From: Octopus sinensis
Taxonomy: Eukaryota
Assembly: GCF_006345805.1 (NCBI RefSeq)
Contig: NC_043023.1
Span: forward strand, 8,246,001 to 8,310,000
DNA length: 64,000 nt
Direction: 5' to 3'
Part shown: in pieces, positions 1-11,424 of the stretch
How the letters are laid out: every line of letters starts with the position of its first letter
Numbering within the stretch: position 1 is the stretch's first letter
The notes under the pieces: generated by a model
Seen by the model: only the letters and a program-made list of their open reading frames with translations
What the model was told of the DNA's origin: nothing
Databases searched by the model: none
Translations under genes and position numbers: made by a program

Positions 1-754
1 AATGGATGAAGATAGTTGTGTGAAAAAGTGCCACACCCTAGCAGTTGAGGGAACTTGTAAAAGAGGTAGACCCAGGAAGACCTGGGATGATGTGGTGAAG
101 CACGACCTTCAAACATTGGGCCTCACTGAGGCAATTACTAATGACTGGGACCTCTGGAAATATGCTGTGCTGCGGAAGACTCGGCAAGCGCAAGTGTGAC
201 TATAACCTTGTGGCCTATGCTAGGGTGTAACCAGTCCACTTATTTGTGCCTTTTCTTCATTGGACACTAAACTCTGCTTGTGAAGACCAGTTGAGGCAAG
301 TGAAATTGAAGTCGAAATAAACTCGGTGATTGGCATCCGTTGCTAGTGGAGTGCTAAGAGTACTATACGAGTGAGATCGTTGCCTGAGCAACAAGCTGGC
401 CTTCGTGCCGATGGTAAGTTAAAAACACCATTCAAGTGTGATTGTCACCTGCGTCGCCTTACTGGCACTTGTGCTGGTGGCACATGAAAAAAACATTCGA
501 GTGAGATCGTTGCCAGTGCCGCTGGACTGGCTCCTGTGCAGGTGGCACATAAAAGCACCATGTGAGCATGGCCGTTGCCAGTACCACCAAACTGGCACAT
601 AAAAGCACCCACTACACTCTCGGAGTGGTTGGCGTTAGGAAAGGCATCTAGCTGTAGAAACTCTGCCAGATCAGATTGGAGTCTGGTTCGCCAGACCTCA
701 GTCAAATCGTCCAACCCATGCTAGCATGGAAAGCGGACGTTAAACGATGATGAT
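1..754 (+). mobile_element. RTE-clade non-LTR retrotransposon, 3' end (ORF C-terminus plus 3' UTR)
   Basis: ORF 2-199 (GTCKRGRPRKTWDDVVKHDL...DWDLWKYAV) is a typical RTE C-terminus. The tail CCAACCCATGCTAGCATGG...CGTTAAACGATGATGAT recurs at 1561-1613 and, inverted, near 8880. Confidence 0.85.
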
Positions 755-1167
755 ATATATATATATAATAATAATATTAGGGAGTATAACTCCAAACTTA
801 CAGGGGAAAATTCAATTTAGTATTAAATCAAATTTTACAATATAAATATATAATATCTATAAATTAGAGATAAAACCGCTATTATGCAATTCAAACAATG
901 ATAGACATAAACCAAATCATAAATCAAAAATAAAATATATATTTTTAAAACATATAACTAGATCATAAAAAGTATAAAAATGAATAATCAATATTATTAC
1001 TAAGTCATGGGGATGTAAACATACTAACATTGGTTGTCAAGCACTTGAGGGAGACAAGCATAGAAACACACACACACATAGATATTGCTTCTCTTATGGC
1101 TAAGATCAAGGTCTAATATCTACTCTTAGCAGTTTAATATATATATGTATGTATGTATATATATATG

Positions 1168-1203
<36 letters not shown>

Positions 1204-1204
<1 letters not shown>

Positions 1205-1613
1205 CTTGCGAAGACCTGTTGGGGCAAGTGAAATCGGAATCGAAATTGAACCAATCCTATGACTGGCACCCGGCAGGTGCCAGGACCCCTGGACTGGTGG
1301 TACGTAAAAAGCACTATCCGAATCATGGCCGATGCCAGTGCTGCCTCGACTGGATCCTGTGCCAGTGGCACGTAAAATGCACCAATCCGACCGTGGCCAT
1401 TGCCAGCCTCACCTGGCACCTGTGCCAGTGGCACATAAAAAGCACCCACTACACTCACAGAGTGGTTGGCGTTAGGAAGGGCATCCAGCTGTAGAAACAC
1501 TGCCAGATAAGACTGGGCCTGGTGCAGCCTTCTGGCTTCCCAGATCCCCGGTCGAACCGTCCAACCCATGCTAGCATGGAGAACCGACGTTAAACGATGA
1601 TGATGATGATGAT
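1204..1613 (+). mobile_element. RTE 3' UTR/tail fragment, same family as 1-754
   Basis: Shares CACCCACTACACTC...GGCGTTAGGAAGGGCATCCAGCTGTAGAAAC and the (GAT)n tail with 600-754. Confidence 0.8.
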
Positions 1614-1628
1614 ATATATATTATATAT

Positions 1629-1659
<31 letters not shown>

Positions 1660-1682
1660 GTATGTATGTGTATATATATACT

Positions 1683-2948
1683 TTGATAGGTTTCGGCCAT
1701 TATTGGCCCAGGCCATGTCTAACTTAATAGCACCACCTGGTGAAGTCTTCAAGTCAGAATTTGGGCACTATGGCCCACTCAAGTAGAGAGTTATTGTTTA
1801 CAGAGACATATCCGGGTGTAGGGGGTTTATCCGGGATTTCTTGAAGAATCTGTCCAAAGACTTCTTGAACCCTATAGGGTCAGTTTCTGTTTTATGTGTT
1901 TTGGTGTAATGTTAAAGAGAGCGGGCCAATTGAGGTGAAATAATTGTGCCGTATTGTTGTTATGAGATGAGAGTGCGATTTTTGTTTTGGGCGGATGGCA
2001 CGGGGCCCAAGCCTTGGATGTACCTTAAAGGTGATGCCAACATCATTTGGGCAATGCTGATGGAATATTTTCCACATCATGCAGATGATGTAGCGCTCAC
2101 GACGACGTTGGAGAGAATAGAGTTTTAGCTTTTCTAGTCGACCCCAATAGTCGAGGCCTGTCATGCCATCTATCTTTTTTGTGATTGCCCTTTGAGGTGC
2201 TTCAACTTTTATGATACCTTGTATTGTGTGGGGAGACCCAGGGACAACAGTATTCAAGGTGGGGTCGGCAAAAGTGGAGAAGAGAAGGATAATGGTGTGG
2301 ATATCTCTCGACTGGAAAGTTCTGAGAATCCAGGAACACATTCTGCGGGCCATGTCAACTTTGGTGTTTATATGAGTGGCCCAGCTTACGTTGTTGTCCA
2401 CAATTACTCCCAGTCTCTGATGTTGTTGGACGCCGCGATAGTTTCACCTGAAGGAAGGGAGTATGGGAGTTTCAGGGCATCCTCTTTTCCAAAGTGGATT
2501 AGCTCAAATATCCTTGTTCAGCAGCATATGTTTTTTTCTGCCCATTGGATAACAGCCAGTAGATCTGACTGAAGGCATGTCCGGTCACTCGCCTCATTTA
2601 TGACCTTCTGTAGCTTGGAGTCATCTGCAAAGATTTTATGTTGCTGTGCTTGATGATGTCATTAATGTCATTAATGTAAATGATGAAAAGAAGTGGGCCC
2701 AGCACAGTGCCTTGCGGAACGCCACTACTGACTTTGGCTGGGCTTGATTTTACCCCTTCAACTACAACATGTTGAGATCTGTCTGTCAGGAAACACTTAA
2801 TCCATTTCAGTAACTTTCCAGAGACACCAATGTTGGATAGTTTTTTCAATAGGATCTTGTGATCGACCCTGTCGAAGGCCTTACTGAAATCAAGGTAGAT
2901 GACATCGGTGTTGGAGCCCTCTCCCAAAGCTCTCAAAATGTCCTCAAA
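1683..2948 (-). mobile_element. 5'-truncated, frameshifted CR1/L2 (Jockey-group) LINE with RT fragment
   Basis: ORF 2598-2936 has [13 protein letters not shown] and SGVPQGTVLGPLLFIIYINDI. ORF 1892-2401 has the C-terminal LKLYSLQRRRERY. A related 3' fragment lies at 39715-40025. Confidence 0.9.
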
Positions 2949-2949
2949 G

Positions 2950-2976
2950 TGATATATATATATATATATGTATGTG

Positions 2977-3019
<43 letters not shown>

Positions 3020-3102
3020 GTATATATATAATATATTATGTATGTATGTGTATATATATATATATAATTATAATATATGTATGTATGTGTATATATATAT
3101 AG

Positions 3103-3134
<32 letters not shown>

Positions 3135-3187
3135 ATATATAATTAGATATAATATTATGATGGTATATTAATATATATATATGTATG

Positions 3188-3225
<38 letters not shown>

Positions 3226-3348
3226 ATATGTGTATATATATATAATATATATATGTATGTGTATATATATATAATATATATGTATGTATGTGTATAATAT
3301 ATATATATATATATGTATGTATGTGTATCTATATATATAATATGTATG

Positions 3349-3391
<43 letters not shown>

Positions 3392-3540
3392 GTATATATA
3401 ATATATATATATATATATGTATGTATGTGTATATATATATATGTATGTTGTGTATATATATATGTTATGTATGTGTATATATATATACATATATATGTAT
3501 GTATGTGTATATATATATATATATATGTATGTATGGTGTA

Positions 3541-3578
<38 letters not shown>

Positions 3579-3636
3579 GTGTATATATATATATGTATGT
3601 ATGTGTATAATATTATATATATGATTATATATTTGT

Positions 3637-3674
<38 letters not shown>

Positions 3675-3740
3675 GTATGTATATATATATATTATATATA
3701 TATATATATATATATTATAATATATATATAATATATACAC
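2950..3740. repeat. Compound (TA)n/(TATG)n microsatellite
   Basis: Visible directly in the sequence. Confidence 0.97.
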
Positions 3741-6595
3741 ATACAAATTGAGATAGGGGTTGTAAATGCAACCCTCCATGGGGTAACATATATCCAATAT
3801 ACTGCTAGTGAAGTACCCAACAAAGTTAATACATAAATGTTAAGAATTGCGATACAATTAATTCATTTATTGTATTATATGAGCAAAGGTAAAATGTTTT
3901 ACCACAAATTCATAATACAAAATAAGAAAATGGAGAAATACATCGAAATCAAATATCAATTACCAGATAATACTCAATCACATACTTTATTAAACCACCA
4001 CATAAGGTTAAGCATAATAATGTAGGGTAAAACAGTGTACATGAAGGAATGTACATAAAATAGTAATGTTATACAATAAGTAGAATACGTATAATAGAAA
4101 ATAAATATAAGTACACATAAATATAAATATAGACTACATCTTACAGCTGTTTCGGCCATGTAGATAAGCATGTCTCATTAACTTATATTAGCCATTTATG
4201 GTAGGTCAATATGTAGTATAAATGAGACATTTACAAAAATATCCTAAGGCCTCTTCGGAGATTACAAATTAGATTACATTCATACTTATATAGGTGTGGG
4301 TACATGCCCATAATAAAACATATACATATACATATGAGTGCATATACTCATACTCCTATACATATAAATATACATATACATAATGATATAATAATATAAA
4401 TTAATAAACATACATATGTTCACATTCAATGTTACAGTTTCAACTTAATATTGTGATAATTACAATGTAGAAAAAACATACACATATTAATACCTAAATG
4501 CAGATATAGAGAGTCAAGATTACATTCTATTAATTCTTATTAATTTCCAAAATGCCATTAATGTTAGCATCATTAACATTGTCGTTACCACTAATGCTAC
4601 CAATATCATCATTCACATTATTATTAATAACGCTAATACTAGAGAAACAATACATAGATTCCATTATTAGCAATATAGTCACAATAGTACTACAATACCA
4701 TGCAAAGTGTTAGATATCTGCATATACATACGAAATATGAAGTACCAACATTCCGTTTACACATTAAGATCCACAGGTGCACATATGTAAGTCCGAGTTC
4801 AAGTTTATAATTTTCCTTGTGACATAAATACACTATTATTTCAGAAATAATTACGGATCTAGCACTAAATTATGATTGGCCTGTGGATTTGAATTAAATT
4901 ACCATTGTCTCCTTACGGTTGGTTTGAGAGCGTTAGGTTTCTACTACACTAGCGTAGGCATGGGAAAAACTATACCAACATTTGTACACACACACATACA
5001 CGCGCACATCCGCACATATACATATACATATATACGCTCATGCACTGTGTCTGCAAACATTCGCATATACTTATATACACATTCAAATATGCATTTGCGT
5101 CCTCATACGCATAAGAAAAACATATAATATATATCCAACCATGAATATACATATCAATACAAAAACATACATACACATGTATATACATATGAATACATTC
5201 CGACATATCCACATATATTTACTAAGTTACAAATCATATGTCTGTCATCGAGTGGCTTATAGATAAGCCAGCGCAGGCAGGGAAAGCTATAGCAGCGTTT
5301 ATACACTCACACACACACTCACACGCACATCCGCACATATGTATAAACATTAATACACTCCCATATACTGTGTCTGCAGACATTCGCATATACATATATA
5401 CACATTCAAATATATACATGCGCACCCATATGTATAAGAAAAAAAAAAAATATATATCCACCCATGAATACACATATACATACAAAAACATACATACACA
5501 TATATATATATACACATATGGACACATTTCGACGCATAAACAATACATTTTCATGTACTGTGATTGCAAATATTCGCATAAACATATATACATATTCAAA
5601 TATGTACTTGCGTACTCATATGCATAGGAACAACATATACCCTTATATCCATTTATGAACATATATATACATGCAAACACATACATACACATATATATAT
5701 ATGAACACATTTCGACATTTCTACCTATATTTACTAAATTACAAGATATATGACTGTCCATCAAAGGACGTATACATGCATACACAATAAGTAAGCAGAA
5801 ATTACTATTAATTAAGATATGAGTAAATTAATTATAAATTAATAAGTGCCAACAAAAAAAAAGAAGAATGAATGAATAAATAAATAAATGAATAAAAATA
5901 CAAATAAAATAAAAACATAAATAAATAAATAAGTAAATAAATAAATAAATAGAAATATATATGTATATATATATATATCTATGTATAGATAAATATAATA
6001 AAATACAAATTAAGATGAGTACAAAGATAAACTTAATATATAAGGCTGCCCAACAAATACACGCAAAAAAAAACAACCTTATATGCTCATCGACATAAAC
6101 AACATATACTAATTATAGACTCACATTTGTTAAATATTGGTATAGCAAAAACCCAAACCAGTGCCATTAGATATAATGTGCCTATACACCCTACACCCAT
6201 AAATACTCTGTGGAGATCAGAATAACTACATATTTCAGTATATTTTCCACTATATTTTTCAAGCCGAAACAAAAACAATCAATATAGAACATATGTATGG
6301 AGATACAAAATTATAAATTATAAATTATATATTATAAATTATGAGGGCCAGTAGTACAGTCCTACATAGAGGAATGTAAAAGGACTATTGGTAGAAAAAT
6401 TAGGTGCTTACTATTTTATGTACACTCCTTCATGTACACTGTTTTACCCTGCATTATTATGTTTAACCTTATAGTTTCTTATGTAGTGGATTAATAAAGT
6501 ATGTGACTGAGTATTATCTGGTAATGATATTTGATTTCGATGTATTTCTCCATTTTCTTATTTTGTACATACATATATATTACATACATACATAC

Positions 6596-6664
<69 letters not shown>

Positions 6665-6740
6665 GTATATATATATATGTTATATATGTATGTATATATG
6701 TATATATATATGTATGTATATATGTATATATATATACATG

Positions 6741-6796
<56 letters not shown>

Positions 6797-6817
6797 CATA
6801 CATACTTATATACATAT

Positions 6818-7090
6818 ATAGTATAAGATGTATAGAGGGACGATGCAGTAACAAGACAGTAACATACGTAGGGGAAACTGCAAGAAGCATTGGTGAGCGG
6901 GTGAATGAACATTGGAGACAACTCAAGGAAGGTAAAAGCTCATCGATTCTGTACCAACACGCCGAACAAGAACACGGGGGATCAATCAATAAATAGAGAT
7001 TAAGATATTGTCCACACATAGAACAGATGCAACAAGACAAATTACAGAAGCTACACATATAATAGAAAATAAACCTAGCCGAATAGAAAA
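6818..7090 (+). pseudogene. GIY-YIG endonuclease remnant of a Penelope-like element
   Basis: Translates as [53 protein letters not shown], then after a stop and frameshift [18 protein letters not shown]. This is a PLE-type GIY-YIG with CCHH residues. Confidence 0.85.
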
Positions 7091-7587
7091 CTAGAAGGAG
7101 CAATAGCGCACACCACAACATATGACAATAGTGGATCCTGCAAACATAATAAACAACAGGTAATTAAAGAAATAGAAATGAATATCTATATGTGTGTATG
7201 TGTATATATGTATATATATGTATATGTATAGTATATGTATGTATATATATATATGTATGTATATATATTTTTTTTTTTCGATTAGATTTATTATTATTAT
7301 TACTAATATTGTTGTTATACATACATACAAGCAATATAATGATAATAATGGGTGGATGTAAACACATGAACAAAATTAGAACAAAAGCAACAACAACAAA
7401 AACAAAATACAAAACAAGAATGTATATAACCAGAAGATACAAATATTACAGGCATCCCCCCCACACACACACTAAATAAACATAGACGCACATAGAGATA
7501 TAAGCATGCGCAAATGAAGACATACAATAGAAATACAAAATGGCTGACGGTTAGTAAGGAGAGACACAAGTAGTGAGAAAAAACAAA

Positions 7588-7632
7588 GGACCACTGATGC
7601 GGTCACAGGAGTGTGACGAAAGAACTTTGGCC
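7588..7632 (+). ncRNA. Degenerate minimal hammerhead-like motif in a PLE 3' region
   Basis: GGACCA-CTGATGC-G-GTCAC-AGGAGT-GTGAC-GAAA-G-AA-C-TT-TGGCC. Helix I is CCA/TGG, helix II is 5 bp, and A9 is mutated. It lies about 500 bp downstream of the GIY-YIG on the same strand. Confidence 0.5.
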
Positions 7633-8600
7633 GAAATAAGATTAAGATTAATGTAAAAAATAAATATCACTGAAGCAAAATAACACCAAATATATAGTGC
7701 GTGTGTTTTTATTGGCTAAACTGGCAATATGACCATTCCGAAATATAACAATATATATATATATATATATAAATATATATATATTGTATGTATGTATGTA
7801 TGTATATATGTATGTATGTAGATATGTATGTATGTATGTATATATGAATGTATATATATATATATGTATATATATACATGTATATATATATATCACACAC
7901 ACACACACTTACGTGCTCAAACACGCGCACGCACACACATGAACACATACACGCGCTCGTAGACACCATGCGCACGCGCACACACACGCACGCGCACACA
8001 CACGCACGCGCACACACACGCACGCACACACATATATTTCCATATCTGTGACTTGTGTTTGTCCCAAGTCACCGCTTCATTTTCGGTTTTAATACACTCC
8101 CATATACTGTGTCTGCAGACATTCACATATACATATATACACATTCAAATATATACATGCGCACCCATACGTATAAGAAAAAAAAAAAAATATATATATA
8201 TATAATCGACTTAATCCCTTTGTCTGTCTTTGTTTGTCCCCTCTATGTTTAGCCCGTTGTGGACAATAAAGAAATAAGAAGAGTGAATGTGTTTCTTTTG
8301 ACATTCACAATAACAACTAACATATTTTGCATCTGGTTCTCCCCTGATATATTGGGAACAAATATGCAAATATTTGTTGTGTCTAATTTTACATCCACTA
8401 CATCGAATGTGTATCATCTACCAAATCCACTCACAAGGCTTTCATGAAACCAAGACTATAGTGAAAGACACACACCTAAGGTGACATGCAGTGAGATGGA
8501 ACCCAGAACCATGTGGTTGGGAAGAAAGCTTCTTATGACACAGACTACCTTCATTATTCTAGAGTTTTGTTACAAGTAATCCCTGAAATCAATGTATGTT

Positions 8601-8878
8601 CATACCAGAGAGAAGCTGTATCATGTTCATATCTGTGGTAAATAATTCTGTTAAAATAGTCACTTGACTAATGGCTTCAAACAAGAGAGGAGCCATAACA
8701 TTACAATATCTGTTGTAATTTATTTTCTGTAAATGGTGTTTTAATTATACATGAATATGTTCATACCAGAGAGAAGCTATGTCACGGTTATATTTGTGGT
8801 AAATCATTCTCTCGTAGACCTAACTTAACCGTATGTCAATGCATTCCTTCAAGAGAGAAGCCATGTCAGTGTGACATC
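8601..8878 (+). pseudogene. Degenerate C2H2 zinc-finger array remnant (about 3-4 fingers)
   Basis: HTREKLYHVHICGK*...HEYVHTREKLCHGYICGKSFSRRPNLTVCQCIPSREKPCQCDI, with TGEKPY-type linkers, stops and lost Cys/His. Confidence 0.75.
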
Positions 8879-10622
8879 ATCATCGTCGTCATCGTTTAAC
8901 ATCCGTTATCCATGTTAACATGGGTTGGACGGTTCGACCGGGGATCTGGGAAGCCAGAAGGCTGCATCAGGCCCAGTCTGCTCTGGCAGTGTTTCTACAG
9001 CTAGATACCCTTCCTAATGCCAACCACTCCATGAGTGTAGTGGGTGCTTTTTACGTGCCACCAGCAGAGGAGGCTGGTAATGGCCACAATCGGTTGGTGC
9101 TTTTCACTTGCCACTGACACAGAATCCAGTCAAGGCGGTGCTGTCATCAGCCACATTCGGATGGTGCTTTTTATGTGCCACTGGCATGGGTATCACGACT
9201 ACAATTTCCATTTGATTTTCATTTTGATGTTGATGTACTTGACTCAGTAGGTCTTCTCAAGCACAGCATGTTGCCCTACGATCCAAGGTACTTTTGAGTG
9301 AGCTGGGGCTGGTTCTGTACAACTGGTGTGGGATACAGCCGTGAACTCACTTTATTTGCTGGGTCTTTGCAGTCACAGCATATCTCCAGAGGTCTTGGTC
9401 TTTCGTCATTGCCTCTGGGAGGCCCAACATTCGAAGGTCATGCTTGACCACCTCATCCGATATCTTCCTGGGTCTACCTCTACCCTGGATTCCTTCAGCT
9501 GTTTGAGAGTGGCACTTCTTCACACAGCTCTCCTCATCCATCTGTTGTACATGACCATACCAGCGCAAACGTCTCTTTTGCACGCCACATCCAATGCTTC
9601 TTATGTCCAGCATTTCTCTCAGGGCACTTACACTCTGTTGTGTGTGCACACTGACATTACACATCCAGCGGATCATGCTAGTTTCATTTCTTTTGAGCCT
9701 ACGCATGTTCTCAGCAGTCATGGCCCATGTTTCACTGCCATGAAGCATGGCAGTTCGCACACATGCATTGTACAATCTACCTTTCACTCAGAGTGAGAGG
9801 CCCTTTGTCACCAGTAGGGATAGAAGCTTTCTGAACTTTGCCCAGGCTATTCTTATTCTAGTGGTGACACTCTCTGAGCACCCACCTCCACTACTAACTT
9901 GGCCACCTAGGTAGCGGAAGCTATCAACTACTACTAGTTTCTTCCCCTGGAGTGTAATGGAATCTGTTTTCTGAGTATCAATGGTGTCTATTGCCCCTGT
10001 GCATCTGCTGCACATGAAAGCTATCTTCTTGGTTAATTTTCCTTTGATGTTGCTGCACTTCTTATGTGTCCATAGCTTACACTGGGTACATTTTATGGAG
10101 TTTCTACTTATATCTTTTCTACAGATCGAGCAGGGCCACCTACCTAAGGTGGGGGTGATAAGTTCGCCTTCCTACTTACTAGAACTTTGGTCTTTGCTAC
10201 ATTGACCCTAACACCTTTTGATTCTAAACCTTGCTTCCACACCTGAAATTTCTTCTCTAGTTACGGTAGTAATTCTGCTATGAGGGCCAGGTCATTAGCA
10301 TAGAGGAGCTCCCAAGGGCAACCTGTCTTGAATTCCTCTGCTATTACCTGGAGGACTATGATGAATAAAAGGGGACTGAGGGCTAATCCTTAGTGGACCC
10401 CTACTTCTATCCGGAATTCTTCACTATACTCATTGCCAATTCTAACCTTACTAATGACCTCTCTGTATAGGGCCTGTACAGCCCTTATTAACCATTAGTC
10501 AATCCCCAGTTTCTGCATCGCCCACCTGATAAGGGATTGCGGGATCCTGTGAAAGGCTTTCTCCAAGTCCACAATAGCTATGTATAGGGGTTTATCTTTG
10601 GCTACATTAGTGTTGCAGATTT
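8876..10622 (-). mobile_element. 5'-truncated RTE-clade LINE with RT fragment and internal PHD finger
   Basis: KPLYIAIVDLEKAF, LSPLLFIIVL, ELLYANDL, VVDSFRYLG, MLHGSETW, RLRWYGHV and RGRPRK motifs, with stops and frameshifts. The 3' UTR matches 200-754 in reverse. Confidence 0.92.
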
Positions 10623-11007
10623 CAACTATATATATATATATATATAGTTGAACAGTGCCAGAGACCAGGACCCACAGCTTAGCTGATATAAATCCAACAA
10701 TCACAAAAGTTACCAAAATTACGCCAGCAGACGCCGACCAAGAATCATTACTGTTGCTCCCATTGGAACACAAGGTAAAATCTATAATGAACTCCTCGCC
10801 TTTTCAAGAACATGGATTTTTTATATTTGACTCTATTGAATGTGTGTCACAATTATGAACTGTTCCATCATACTCTTTAAACATATAGCATGGACTCTCT
10901 TTATTATCTAAAAAAATTTTTTTGATAAGTTTCGTTATTTCAAGAACTGAAACATGTAAAATTAAAATTTATCTAATATAGCGGCATTTTCAAACTTCAT
11001 TTTTTAC

Positions 11008-11042
<35 letters not shown>

Positions 11043-11088
11043 ATATATAGATATATATACATATGTATGTATATATATCTATATATAT

Positions 11089-11130
<42 letters not shown>

Positions 11131-11133
<3 letters not shown>

Positions 11134-11257
11134 TAAAATATTATTAGAGACAAAACCACTACTTTGCAAAACAAACAAGGAAAGACTTAATCAATACATA
11201 AAATTTTAATAAATAGTTTTGCAAAGTAGTGGTTTTGTCTCTAATAATATTTTATAA
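11131..11257. repeat. Perfect 42-bp inverted repeat with 43-nt spacer
   Basis: TTATAAAATATTATTAGAGACAAAACCACTACTTTGCAAAAC (11131-11172) and its reverse complement (11216-11257). Confidence 0.9.
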
Positions 11258-11335
11258 TATTACTATAAAATTGGATTTAATCCTAAATCTGATTTTTTCC
11301 CTGTAAATTTGGATTTATTCCCTAAATATTATTAT

Positions 11336-11377
<42 letters not shown>

Positions 11378-11424
11378 ATATAATATATTATATATTATAT
11401 ATATATGTATGTATATATATATAA

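Noticed and set aside
1686-1725. GGCC...GGCCGAAAC at the LINE 3' end as a ribozyme
   Set aside because: No CUGANGA-like segment; probably a LINE 3' stem-loop or chance.
4142-4181. Hammerhead-like TTAATGA...GGCC-GAAACAGCTGTA on the minus strand
   Set aside because: Two core mutations, broken helix II and no helix I; at most a decayed remnant.
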